Origin: a virus
Taxonomy: Duplodnaviria > Caudoviricetes
Length of the DNA: 64,000 bases
Strand: one strand, 5' to 3'
IMG/VR virus record: IMGVR_UViG_3300011445_000020
Span: 81 to 64,080 of that record
Made by a program: the position numbers and the translations under genes. The notes beneath the pieces were generated by a model. It was not told the origin of the DNA. It did no database searches and saw only the letters and a list, made by a program, of their open reading frames with translations. Shown piece by piece: positions 1 through 9,092 of this stretch (position 1 is the stretch's first letter; each line of letters opens with the position of its first letter).

Positions 1-30
1 CCCTGACAACCATCATCCCACGTGCTCAAC
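1..30. repeat. Terminal direct repeat/assembly overlap, left copy
   Basis: ccctgacaaccatcatcccacgtgctcaac matches 63971-64000 with one mismatch at position 5. Confidence 0.9.
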
Positions 31-66
31 TCCACGTGCGCGTCGGGCGGCGCATCCTTCAACGCT

Positions 67-426
67 TCACGCAGTTCTCTGACTGTCACGTGCCCTCCGC
101 TGCTGGAGGAATCGGAACACCATCGCCCCGGTGTGGAGCGCCTCTTTCTCGATCTTCGCTTCCAGTTCCTTGTACGTGGCGAACTCCTCATCCGTGAAGA
201 GTTGTCCTTCGGCGAACTTCTCACGATACTCGACGAGATTGAGGACGGCCTGGAGTGTCTCACCCGCCTCTTCAATCACGACAGCGATCTGGCGGATCGG
301 GTCGCTCGGCCACTTCGGGTGCTTCTCTTCCGCCTTCCGCAACTGCGTCAAGATATCTTCGTAGATGCTCCGGAGGCGTTGCTCGCGTAGGAGGTACTCT
401 TGGTACTGTCCTTCATCCACGACCAA
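67..426 (-). CDS. MazG-like all-alpha NTP pyrophosphohydrolase family protein
   Basis: AEEKHPKW...VVIEEAGETLQAV...KEALHTGAM resembles the EExxE...E helical pattern of phage MazG-like proteins. Confidence 0.5.
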   Translation of the reverse strand: MVVDEGQYQEYLLREQRLRSIYEDILTQLRKAEEKHPKWPSDPIRQIAVVIEEAGETLQAVLNLVEYREKFAEGQLFTDEEFATYKELEAKIEKEALHTGAMVFRFLQQRRARDSQRTA

Positions 427-1066
427 ACTCCTTCGCTTCGTCGCGAGACGTCAGCACACGCACGTGCGCCATTTCAGCAGAGGCGACACGTGCTGCTTGG
501 TTAAGCGACATGAAGAGGAGCGCGCTCCCCTGGTCGAGTGTCCAGAGTCCGTCACCGTCCTCCTGCGCCTGATAGTACTCCATCCCGATGAAGTCGCCCG
601 ACACGGTACGGTCGTCCTTGAGACGCTGGACGACGAACCACGGGCCGAGGACGGTTGGGTAACTCATTAGTCTGCTCCGATGGAAGAGGACGCGTTTGAA
701 CTTGAGCCACCAACCGTACGGAACGCGCCACCACCAACCGAGCTTTTGATTAGCCGGCGTGAGGAGCCCATCGGTGACCCACTCGTGCAACATTCCCTTA
801 GTGGACGTCGTAGTTGTAGATGAGATGAACGGCGTGCTGCTCGGCTCGATGTTAGTGATGTAGCAGAGGAAACCATCGCAACCGTGCTCTAGCTTGGCGT
901 GTTTTTTCTGCCACGACACGTCGCCACGGAGTAACCGGATCGTTCGGTTCCGCCGCTTGAGTAAACGAGAGAGGCGCTCGATCTGTCCTTCAAGGTCCGA
1001 GATGAAAATCTCGTTGTGCGTACGTCGTTTTTGACCGGTGTTTATGCGCTTTTTTCGACTCTTCAT
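413..1066 (-). CDS. Hypothetical protein(s); probably a second internal start at 667 (MSYPTV)
   Basis: Long ORF; GGAG precedes ATG at 667; overlaps neighbours in operon style. Confidence 0.45.
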   Translation of the reverse strand: MKSRKKRINTGQKRRTHNEIFISDLEGQIERLSRLLKRRNRTIRLLRGDVSWQKKHAKLEHGCDGFLCYITNIEPSSTPFISSTTTTSTKGMLHEWVTDGLLTPANQKLGWWWRVPYGWWLKFKRVLFHRSRLMSYPTVLGPWFVVQRLKDDRTVSGDFIGMEYYQAQEDGDGLWTLDQGSALLFMSLNQAARVASAEMAHVRVLTSRDEAKEFGRG

Positions 1067-1143
1067 CGTTGCTTCTCGGTGATGACGATGTCGCGATTGA
1101 GGCGCGCGATCTTCGGCCAACCAACAAAGGTGATCTCGTTCAT
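1063..1143 (-). pseudogene. Remnant of an Rnl2-like RNA ligase, truncated at motif I
   Basis: GGAG RBS then MNEITFVGWPKIARLNRDIVITEK-QR*; matches the F..(W/F)PKI.RL.R...ITEKxDG start of phage RNA ligases but stops right after EK. Confidence 0.55.
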
Positions 1144-1153
1144 CTCGTTCTCC

Positions 1154-1693
1154 TTAGAAACGAATGCCGACAGACGTGCGGTTGCTCACGCTGCCATCGT
1201 TGAATAGGACGCGCGACTCGGCGAAGAGTCCACGTCGGGCAGAAACACCGAGGAAGAGCGAGGGCGAGATTCCCAGGTCGAGGCCCCCGATCGAGCGAAC
1301 ACTCAGGTGCTCGGTGATCACGGTCACCTTCTTGCCCTTCCGCTTGTGCTTGTCACCCTTGTGCTTCCCACGATCGTGCGGACGGTACGTGGTCGTAGTG
1401 TCCGAGGTGCTCTCGACGATGAAAGCAGAGTCGTCGAGCCGGTCACCCACGAGGCCAACGCCACCGTAGAAGCCGTCGTTCGAGCGGGCGAGCAGGTCCG
1501 CGCTGAACGACAGGCGCTCGTTGTTCCCGAGGCTGACCCCGAGGCGAGCGCCCGACTGCTCCAGAGCAAGAGTGCCCTCGGTGGGGTTGCGAAGGTCCGA
1601 CATCAGACGGGTGGTCGCCGACAACTGGAGCGAGCCGGCGCTAGCGTTGACCGCGACGAGCAGGGCGAGGATGGTGAGGAGAGACTTCTTCAT
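1154..1693 (-). CDS. Secreted outer-membrane beta-barrel-like protein
   Basis: Signal peptide MKKSLLTILALLVAVNASA, alternating amphipathic strands, C-terminal VGIRF. Confidence 0.6.
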   Translation of the reverse strand: MKKSLLTILALLVAVNASAGSLQLSATTRLMSDLRNPTEGTLALEQSGARLGVSLGNNERLSFSADLLARSNDGFYGGVGLVGDRLDDSAFIVESTSDTTTTYRPHDRGKHKGDKHKRKGKKVTVITEHLSVRSIGGLDLGISPSLFLGVSARRGLFAESRVLFNDGSVSNRTSVGIRF

Positions 1694-1781
1694 GATGGGT
1701 ATTTCCTCTCGATGTTGATGTTGACGCCGATGAACATGCCGACGAAGAAAGAGATGGCTGCGATGCAGATGATTGGAAAGC

Positions 1782-1970
1782 CTACTTCCCAGAACATTCA
1801 AGGTGCCCCTTCTGACACTCACTAGGAAGGTGTCCAGTGATGTGCCCGTTCACGTACGAAAAGGGTGCGCCACAGTGGGGACACTTTCCATGGAGTATCT
1901 CGGGGTTAGCACCGTGTTCATAGATGGCATCGAGCATCTTCGTGAATTCTTCCTTCGAAACTTCCTTCAC
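1782..1970 (-). CDS. Small Cys/His zinc-binding protein
   Basis: CPHC...H..C..GH..C; ATGA/GTGA-type coupling to nadV. Confidence 0.55.
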   Translation of the reverse strand: MKEVSKEEFTKMLDAIYEHGANPEILHGKCPHCGAPFSYVNGHITGHLPSECQKGHLECSGK

Positions 1971-3352
1971 AGAGCCGCCCGGTCTCTGACCGCAGCCAGC
2001 GAGGGCACTTCATACTGGAGCCCGTTCTCGAACACGCGCACGAGGTAGTTCTTCTCGTTGAGCGCCGGGTCTTCCACGCCCGTGATGAACTTGCCTTCTG
2101 ACTTGAGGAGCATGAGACGGCCGGCCTTCGACTTCTTGCTCGGGTCCGTCAGCGGGTGCTTCATCACGTCCCGCCACTGGCCCTTCACCTCGACGGCGCT
2201 GCACTTCATCGCGAAGCGGCAGGTGTCGCGGTCCATCTTCTGAAGGAGGCCGCCACCAGAACCGAACGCGATGTTGTCGATGCTCCACTTGTCACCGAGC
2301 ATGCCGGCGAGGATCGTCGCGAGTGACCGCTTATCGATACCGTCGCCTTGGATCAGTCGGACCTTCGGGTTGAGGACCTTGTACCCCTCTGGGGTCAAGC
2401 TGTAGCCGAACTTCTCCCCGAGCGTGTTGAGCAGATTGAGAACGACCAGGAGCGGGTCTCCGCTGTCTGGCCGGATGATCACGGTGCCCTCTCGGAACAT
2501 CACCTTGTCGCGAAGCTGCTCACCCCAGATGTTGCGGACCGCGTTGTAGATGTCGTAGCTGTCAGAGACGACGGCGACGAGGCCGGTCGGGTACTGCGCC
2601 AACATGTTCTCGTACGCAGCCTTCTCGTTGTCACGGCCCCACGAGGTGATCGTACTGTGTTCGGCAGCCGGGATGCTGAAACCGGCCATCGGCTCGTTGT
2701 AGTACTGGTTCGCCACCACGAGGGCCGCCATCGTGTCGGTGCCCTTGAAGTTCACGAGGTGGGCAGCACCTCCGATACCGGCTGACTCGTTGCTCGTACT
2801 CCCCCGGTAGCCGAAGTCGTGGAGCTTGAAGTCGAGCCCGGAAAGGTCCGCGCCGGAGGTGATCATCGCGTCCTTGATCATCTGCTTCATCGCACGCGAC
2901 TGGGTACAAACGGTCGTCGGGTACCACACCTGGACAAGCAGCGTCTCCAGGTAGTTCACGAGCCATGGAAATTCAGGGTCCGTGTTCTCGATCGTCAAGA
3001 GCACGTTGCCGGTCGGGACGGTGGTTCCTTCGGGCACTGCTTTGATGATGACGGGCAGCCGTCCGCCATGCCAACGGGCGATCGTCTCCCAATCACGACG
3101 GTTGAAAAAGTCGTCGCTCCCAAAGTGCGCCTTAAAGAAGGCAGCGGCCTCGTTGATCTTCTCCATCGTGACGACAGAGCCAGCGAGGTACTTCTTGATG
3201 ATGTACGAGAGGCCGAAGAAGGTCACCGCAGGGAACTCGCCACCCTTACGGGCTTCGAGGAAGGAGAAGACGCGGGTGGTGCCCGGAGGGTACTGCTTGT
3301 AGTGCGACACCTTGTAGCTGTCGGTCATCAGGAGGATGTTATCCGGCTGCAT
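1967..3352 (-). CDS. nadV: Nicotinamide phosphoribosyltransferase (NAMPT)
   Basis: TDSYKVSH, LHDFGYRG, SIPAAEHS, VVSDSYD, IIRPDSGDP, LIQGDG, FGSGGGLLQ motifs. Confidence 0.95.
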   Translation of the reverse strand: MQPDNILLMTDSYKVSHYKQYPPGTTRVFSFLEARKGGEFPAVTFFGLSYIIKKYLAGSVVTMEKINEAAAFFKAHFGSDDFFNRRDWETIARWHGGRLPVIIKAVPEGTTVPTGNVLLTIENTDPEFPWLVNYLETLLVQVWYPTTVCTQSRAMKQMIKDAMITSGADLSGLDFKLHDFGYRGSTSNESAGIGGAAHLVNFKGTDTMAALVVANQYYNEPMAGFSIPAAEHSTITSWGRDNEKAAYENMLAQYPTGLVAVVSDSYDIYNAVRNIWGEQLRDKVMFREGTVIIRPDSGDPLLVVLNLLNTLGEKFGYSLTPEGYKVLNPKVRLIQGDGIDKRSLATILAGMLGDKWSIDNIAFGSGGGLLQKMDRDTCRFAMKCSAVEVKGQWRDVMKHPLTDPSKKSKAGRLMLLKSEGKFITGVEDPALNEKNYLVRVFENGLQYEVPSLAAVRDRAAL

Positions 3353-4244
3353 TGAGTTTCCTTTCGAGCAGATTCATGAGCAGCTTATGCTCGTCAACGA
3401 GGAGTGCCCTCGCTTGGTCGAGTCTGACCCACTGGACAGCATCGAGATCGTCGTCAGCGCGAGGCACACCGAACGTGAACCTAGCGAGAAAGAATGCCGA
3501 CATTAGCCTGTCCGGACCCCGGTAGCGGTAGTCGTCGATCTGGTTCGATCCCAGGTACTCAGCATCGTACACTTCGAGCCCTGTCTCCTCGTGCACTTCC
3601 CGACGAACGGCACCTTCAAGGGTCTCGTCTCTCGGGCTGACGAAACCACCGATGAATCGAAGTTTCCCGCTGTCGCGCTTTTTCTTCCCGAGGAGAACCT
3701 CGATACCCTGACCGAAGTTCCCTACGATCGCGACGTCCACGCACTGGTACGACGTCGGGTACTTGTGCTTCGACGCGTAGATCATCCCGCGACGGAAAGC
3801 AGCACTGTCCTCTGGCTGCACCTTCGCTCGCTCTTCAGTGCCAGAGAGAGGCTCGACTGGGGGTAGCTCGAACGTCCGCGCCTTCCCGTGGTAGTGCTTG
3901 AGAAAGCTGTCACGGCCTCCGTAGAGGACGACACCTTCCGTGTCGTTCGGTGAACTAATCTGGTGGAACTTGATCAGTTCATCCAGGTACTCTGACCAGA
4001 GATAATCAGAGGGCTGATCGCTGAGGGGAAGAACGGTGACGGTCGGGTAGGCCTTGAGGATCATCTGCTTCCGCATGTCGAAGGTAAGCGGGTCTTCGAT
4101 AGTGAGTCGAGCTTCCGACTCTCCAATCACGACAAGCACGTGCTCGTGGATACCGGTGACCGCGTCGAGCAGGTAACGGTGGCCGTCGTGCAGTTCGGGT
4201 ACCTGGACACGGACGACCACCACACCGAGGGCTTGCGTCTTCAC
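3339..4244 (-). CDS. natV: Bifunctional NMN adenylyltransferase/Nudix hydrolase (NatV/NadM-Nudix)
   Basis: RVQVPELHDGH (HxGH) and Nudix box GGFVSPRDETLEGAVRREVHEETGL; adjacent to nadV. Confidence 0.88.
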   Translation of the reverse strand: MKTQALGVVVVRVQVPELHDGHRYLLDAVTGIHEHVLVVIGESEARLTIEDPLTFDMRKQMILKAYPTVTVLPLSDQPSDYLWSEYLDELIKFHQISSPNDTEGVVLYGGRDSFLKHYHGKARTFELPPVEPLSGTEERAKVQPEDSAAFRRGMIYASKHKYPTSYQCVDVAIVGNFGQGIEVLLGKKKRDSGKLRFIGGFVSPRDETLEGAVRREVHEETGLEVYDAEYLGSNQIDDYRYRGPDRLMSAFFLARFTFGVPRADDDLDAVQWVRLDQARALLVDEHKLLMNLLERKLNAAG

Positions 4245-4375
4245 TTGCTCGCCGCGATCAAGGCAGCAACCATGACGAAGAAGATACCAAGGATACCGCC
4301 CCAGAGGGCGATCGTTGCAGCGAGAGCGATCTTGCCCATGAGGTACAGGCCGATGACGATAAGTAGCAGTGGCAT
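4241..4375 (-). CDS. Small membrane protein (44 aa)
   Basis: MPLLLIVIGLYLMGKIALAATIALWGGILGIFFVMVAALIAASK, read by hand; fills the gap with GTGA coupling. Confidence 0.55.
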   Translation of the reverse strand: MPLLLIVIGLYLMGKIALAATIALWGGILGIFFVMVAALIAASK

Positions 4376-5653
4376 CTAGTCTCCCTTCACGCTGATGATC
4401 TGACGCAAGATGTGCGTCGGTTGAACGAGTGTGCGCGCGTCGTGCATCACCGTGTCGATGTTCTTGTAAGCGCCCGGCGCTTCGTCGATGATCGCTTCCC
4501 GGATGCGCGCTTCGATTCCGAGGGCCACCATTTCTTCACGGACTTGTTCCAGAGTGAACTGCTTACGCGCTGCCCCGCGAGACATGCGGCGACCAGCACC
4601 GTGGGGTGCGGAATTGTACGAGCCCGGATTTCCGAGGCCAGTGACGATGTATGAGCGAGCGCCCATCGAGCCAGGGATGAGGCCTCGGTCGCCGACATTT
4701 GCAGAAATGGCACCCTTTCGGGTGACAAGTAGCGTCTCTTCGCCATGGGTCTCCTTGCTCACGTAGTTGTGATGGCAGTTGATCCGCTCGACCTCGATGC
4801 TCCCGTAAGTGAGAGGGAACACCGTTCCGCACCAGTCCGCACAACATGCGGTGCCGAGCGCGTAGTTGAGTTCCGTCAGCACTCGATCCATCATCTCTTC
4901 CCTGTTGAGGAGCGCGTACTCCTGGCACCAGAAGAGTTCCTTCATGTACGCGTGGTACTCTTCGCTCTTCTCCACGAGATACGCGAGGTCCGGGTCCGGA
5001 AGATGCGTGTCATACATGTAGCGTTCGGCATACTTCTTCGCGACGTTCGTCCAGTGGGTGCCAGTCTTGTTGCCGACGCCACGGGAACCCGAGTGAAGGA
5101 TAACCCAAACTTCTTCCGGGTATCCCACGCTGTCGATGGCGTAGTCTACTTCTGGATCAGCCGAGTACGGACGGCCGATACACACCTCGATGAAGTGGTT
5201 GCCCCCACCGAGGGAACCAAGCTGGGTCCGCCAGTCCTTGGCGCGCTGGTTCATGTGGTTCTTGTCACCCCAGTTCCTCTCGGCGAGAGCTTCAAGCTTC
5301 TCGATCCGGGCCTGGGCCGAAGGGAGGATACGCGAGTTCATCCCGTACGGGCCGATGCCGAGCGGGATGCGCCGCTCGATGCCCTCGCGGATGGTCTGGA
5401 GGTGCGGCTTCACCTGCTCGGGCTTCAGCGTGGTACGAACTGCGATCATCCCGCAGCCGATGTCCACCCCGACGCACGCGGGCATGACTGCGCCCTTCGT
5501 CGCGACGACGGTCCCGACGGTGCTCCCTCGGCCCCAGTGGACGTCGGGCATGACCGCGAGACCACGGACGAACGGGAGCGAAGCAGTACGTTCGACCTGG
5601 GCCATCGCTTCGTCCTCGATCAGGGAAGCGAAGAGTCTGATCTTAGCGTTCAT
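4376..5653 (-). CDS. rtcB: RtcB RNA ligase (joins 2',3'-cyclic-P/3'-P to 5'-OH)
   Basis: MPDVHWG, VGVDIGCG, GSLGGGNHFIE, LHSGSRG, NCHHNY, RKGA, IPGSMG, SAPHGAGR, DEAPGAYK. Confidence 0.95.
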   Translation of the reverse strand: MNAKIRLFASLIEDEAMAQVERTASLPFVRGLAVMPDVHWGRGSTVGTVVATKGAVMPACVGVDIGCGMIAVRTTLKPEQVKPHLQTIREGIERRIPLGIGPYGMNSRILPSAQARIEKLEALAERNWGDKNHMNQRAKDWRTQLGSLGGGNHFIEVCIGRPYSADPEVDYAIDSVGYPEEVWVILHSGSRGVGNKTGTHWTNVAKKYAERYMYDTHLPDPDLAYLVEKSEEYHAYMKELFWCQEYALLNREEMMDRVLTELNYALGTACCADWCGTVFPLTYGSIEVERINCHHNYVSKETHGEETLLVTRKGAISANVGDRGLIPGSMGARSYIVTGLGNPGSYNSAPHGAGRRMSRGAARKQFTLEQVREEMVALGIEARIREAIIDEAPGAYKNIDTVMHDARTLVQPTHILRQIISVKGD

Positions 5654-5781
5654 CAGGACGTCCTTTCCGCTCTGAGCGTGTGAGTTTGCGCTCCCAATCG
5701 ATACGAACAACCATCAGTCCCTGAGGGCGACGATTACGCCGATGATCTCGATGAGGGTGAGGATTGCGAGCACGATCGTAA

Positions 5782-6000
5782 TCATGCGTTCTCCTTTCGA
5801 TTCGGGTAGAACTTAGGGGTGAAGCCTCGGCCTATGAAGAGGTGCGACGCTCGGGAGGGCGTCTTGGTTCCATCCGTTCGAACATATCCTTCAACTCCCT
5901 GGCACTCCGCACATCCTGCTTCCGACGTTTCCGACCCTTCGAAGGATCGTACTTCTTCCCACCGATGACCTACTTTACACTGGTAAGTATATACGGGCAC
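5782..6000 (-). CDS. FmdB-family zinc-ribbon protein
   Basis: MPVYTYQC..GH.WE...C..C...F.G.GF. Confidence 0.7.
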   Translation of the reverse strand: MPVYTYQCKVGHRWEEVRSFEGSETSEAGCAECQGVEGYVRTDGTKTPSRASHLFIGRGFTPKFYPNRKENA

Positions 6001-6409
6001 GTCGTCTTTCCTCTCGAATACGGTGGCAGTTGGAACAGACAAGCTCACATTTCTTCCGTTCCTTCAAACGCTCGGAGGGAGAAAATCTCCAGGCATGCGA
6101 GAGTGTGAAGAGCTTCCGGCCCCGGACGTGATCGAAGTCCATACAGATCACCGGGTACTTCTTACGACAATCCAGACAGGGTGCATTTTTCTCTTTGTGC
6201 AGCCATTCACGGGCGACTTCTTTTCGGCGTCGCATTGAACGTTGATCGTACTGTCGGTGGAGCTTCGGGCTGTTCTTTCTGCGTTCGGCGTTGTACTCGT
6301 GTACGCGTTCTTTGTTTCTCAAGTACCACGCGCGCTTCTGTGCTGCGCCGTAGCCTGGGTGTTTCTTTCTCCACTGGCGCATGTACTCGCGTTTTTCGGT
6401 GCGTGTCAT
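5975..6409 (-). CDS. HNH endonuclease
   Basis: PCLDC...MDFDHVRG...KCELVCSNCHRIR; basic N-terminus. Confidence 0.8.
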   Translation of the reverse strand: MTRTEKREYMRQWRKKHPGYGAAQKRAWYLRNKERVHEYNAERRKNSPKLHRQYDQRSMRRRKEVAREWLHKEKNAPCLDCRKKYPVICMDFDHVRGRKLFTLSHAWRFSPSERLKERKKCELVCSNCHRIREERRRARIYLPV

Positions 6410-6507
6410 GCTCTTCCTCTGGTTCCTGAGTGTACGTCCCGCACTCATCGCAGTAGTCAGCGTCCACATCCTTGCCGCACTTCGGGCAGTAGCCGAGCCT
6501 GATCCAC

Positions 6508-6669
6508 TTACCCATTGATCTCGTAGTAAGCGGCGGCCGCTCTGATCACACGGACGCGCCGCATGTGGGTAAGTGGTGCGAGTAGTCCGATGATCTTCTC
6601 CAAGACAACGATCGCTTCGTTCTCCCCGACGTCGATGGACTTAGCTCGCGGCTGCTTCAGCGGGACCAT
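6508..6669 (-). CDS. Hypothetical protein
   Basis: GGAG RBS, operon position. Confidence 0.45.
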   Translation of the reverse strand: MVPLKQPRAKSIDVGENEAIVVLEKIIGLLAPLTHMRRVRVIRAAAAYYEING

Positions 6670-7792
6670 AGATAGGCACTCCTTGCTTGTTGTACTTCTT
6701 GATGACCTTGCCACGGCCGACGAGCGGCCGCATCCGATTGTTGCACGCCTTCGAGAAGTCTGCTTGGTCGGTGAAGTGTAGCTCGCCCACGCTGATGTTC
6801 TCGAACTGCGGCCAGATGATGTCGCGAATCTCAGGCAGCGTCTGCCACGGGTGCGCGACGATCTCCTTCACGAGTGCTTCCGTGAGAGGGTTGATCGCGA
6901 GCCGCTGTGCCAGGGTGACCGGCTCGTCAGAGGCAGAGATGTTCGCTACGTTCGGATCGCTCACGTCCATCTGGTAAGCGAAGTCTTCCGGCGTGATGCC
7001 ACGGAACTTCTTGAACTGGACACCGATCAGGTACTTGTTGTTACGCGAGGGTGTGAGGTGACACCAGGAGTCGAGCGCGCCGATCTGCGACATCGCACCA
7101 CGCCAATCGGAGCCGTCGTTGAACTCCGACTTCTTCGCGTTGTGATGGAGAACGATGACCGCTGCGCCAGTGAGTGCAGAGAGTGCGCGGATGTTACGGA
7201 AGACTTCCTCCATCTCGGTGTTGTCGTTCTGGTTTGCGCGGGTGAGCTTCGACATCGTGTCGCAGACGATCAGGTCCACGCCCTTCATCCGTGCGAGCTT
7301 CGCGTTCTTCGTCCCCTCACCAACCATCACCGCCTCGCCCCACTCGAAGCGACGGCAGGTTGCGATCAGCCGGCGGAGCGAATCCATGTCTTCGAACATG
7401 AAGGTCGATTCGAGAAGGAAGCGGGCTGAATCGAAGAGGGTGCCCTCGGCCTCGTTCGCTACCTCCATCGCGTGCGTGAGCCGCTTCCACTGGCGGGCGT
7501 AGTCGAACTTCGATGAGTCGGAGCCGATGAAGATCACCCCACCACGCTGAGTCGGGAAGCGGCCGAGGAACTTCCGGCCGGTCGCTATCGCGCGGACGAT
7601 CTCAAGGGTGAGCCACGTCTTGCCCACACCTGGATACGAGGTGATCCCCATCATGCCTCCGGCAGGGAGAAACTCCTCGATCAACATCGGAGGAGCCTTC
7701 TCTTCGTAGAGGGTCGCTGAGTCGAGCAGGGGGTACGGCTCGACGCTCTCGATGCCAGCGAGGAGCGGGTGTAGTTCCTTCTTCTTCGCCAT
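6641..7792 (-). CDS. RepA/AAA_25-type RecA-fold replicative helicase
   Basis: Walker A SYPGVGKT, Walker B LIVCDT, IVLHHNAK, DWRGA. Confidence 0.85.
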   Translation of the reverse strand: MAKKKELHPLLAGIESVEPYPLLDSATLYEEKAPPMLIEEFLPAGGMMGITSYPGVGKTWLTLEIVRAIATGRKFLGRFPTQRGGVIFIGSDSSKFDYARQWKRLTHAMEVANEAEGTLFDSARFLLESTFMFEDMDSLRRLIATCRRFEWGEAVMVGEGTKNAKLARMKGVDLIVCDTMSKLTRANQNDNTEMEEVFRNIRALSALTGAAVIVLHHNAKKSEFNDGSDWRGAMSQIGALDSWCHLTPSRNNKYLIGVQFKKFRGITPEDFAYQMDVSDPNVANISASDEPVTLAQRLAINPLTEALVKEIVAHPWQTLPEIRDIIWPQFENISVGELHFTDQADFSKACNNRMRPLVGRGKVIKKYNKQGVPIYGPAEAAAS

Positions 7793-7796
7793 TCGG

Positions 7797-7979
7797 CTAG
7801 CGTCTCCAGGTGAAGGTGCCGGCGAGGAAGAGCCAGCGGTAGAGGCCGACGACCCAGACGTAGGGCCAGAGGACGATATTGATAAGCGGGATCGGGCGGT
7901 CAGCGCCCAGGTCCGTCTCGGACAGGTACGCGATGAACAAGACGAGGGCGACAACAGCGTAGACACAGAGGAATAGCAT
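7797..7979 (-). CDS. Small membrane protein
   Basis: Hydrophobic 60 aa with LWP motif; AGGAGG RBS. Confidence 0.6.
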   Translation of the reverse strand: MLFLCVYAVVALVLFIAYLSETDLGADRPIPLINIVLWPYVWVVGLYRWLFLAGTFTWRR

Positions 7980-7997
7980 AATGGGGTCCTCCTAGTG

Positions 7998-8027
7998 GTA
8001 TCGTCTCATGTCCGGGATTCCCGGACA
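7998..8027 (-). promoter_or_regulatory. Putative promoter overlapped by a palindromic operator (TGTCCGGGAATCCCGGACA)
   Basis: TTGTCC-N17-GACGAT upstream of AGGAGG; inverted repeat covers the spacer. Confidence 0.4.
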
Positions 8028-8283
8028 AGGGGAAAATGCGGACATTACTCGTTACTCACGGTCGGTGGATCACGAGTAACGAGATGTAGAAGGAGAGAGC
8101 CTGAGCGGAACGCGCCCATAGGCGCTTCTCTTCTCATCTCTAAATACATTTACTTAGCCATGAGTAATCGGGTGGTCAGGAGGGCGCGGCAGGGGGGTCC
8201 CAGGACCACCCAGAGGGTCCATCCGACTGCGAACCAGCCGAGGGCACTGAGTAAGAGGCCACCCTTCCATGAGGGGCGGCGGT

Positions 8284-8556
8284 TCACGATTCGGTCATCT
8301 TCCTGGTAGGGTCAGGCTGCTTCTTCGGGCTGTCGGGTACCGCGAGGACGCTGCCCGGGGGGAGCGGGATACAGTTGACCCGCCCGAGCGAATCAGGCGG
8401 CGTGCAGAGGGCGAGGCCCCCGACAGGGAAGTAGCTCCAGCCTGGGGTGGTTCCCTCGGGCTGTGCGTGGAGGGTTGGGGTGGACATGAGGCCGAAGCCG
8501 ATGAGGACGCCGAGTGTGACAGCGAGGAGGGTGAGGAGGATGGGGTACTTCATCAC
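8284..8556 (-). CDS. Small secreted/membrane-anchored protein
   Basis: N-terminal hydrophobic helix, AxA-like site, two Cys. Confidence 0.55.
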   Translation of the reverse strand: MMKYPILLTLLAVTLGVLIGFGLMSTPTLHAQPEGTTPGWSYFPVGGLALCTPPDSLGRVNCIPLPPGSVLAVPDSPKKQPDPTRKMTES

Positions 8557-9092
8557 GTGGACTCCTTAATGAGGCCAGCGGCCAGCGAACGTGCGTACTG
8601 ACCACGACCCACGTACGCGCGGCGGACAGTAGGGATGAGCCGGGCCGCTCCGGAAACTTTGCCCCCGTTGCCCGGAATGTACGAACCGAAACGCTTGGTC
8701 GGCGGACGGAGAGTCACGACACGATTCAGGTCGAGGACGCGCTTGAGGACGTTACGCGGGTGAATGTGATCGTTGAGATTGACACCGAGCTTATCATCGT
8801 GCGCGTACCACACTGCGTGGACCGGGATGCCGGCTTTGTTCACCTTGTCCACAATGTACGCTCGTGACGCTGTGAACACTGCGAGGTGGACGGGGTGAGG
8901 GAAGGCTTTGTCACCGAGACGGTGGGCGCAGACAGAGTTGACGCATCCGATCGTCGATCCAGGACGGCTGTCGCGTACATCAAAGTCTTCGCGCTTGATC
9001 TTGACGACGCGGGTTGCACGTGAGATGGCGACCGTAACGAACTTCGTAAGGTCTCTCTCGTCGAGGTAAATCTTGACCGTGTGCTTCTTCAT
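8553..9092 (-). CDS. Hypothetical protein
   Basis: 179 aa ORF, translationally coupled to both neighbours. Confidence 0.6.
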   Translation of the reverse strand: MKKHTVKIYLDERDLTKFVTVAISRATRVVKIKREDFDVRDSRPGSTIGCVNSVCAHRLGDKAFPHPVHLAVFTASRAYIVDKVNKAGIPVHAVWYAHDDKLGVNLNDHIHPRNVLKRVLDLNRVVTLRPPTKRFGSYIPGNGGKVSGAARLIPTVRRAYVGRGQYARSLAAGLIKEST

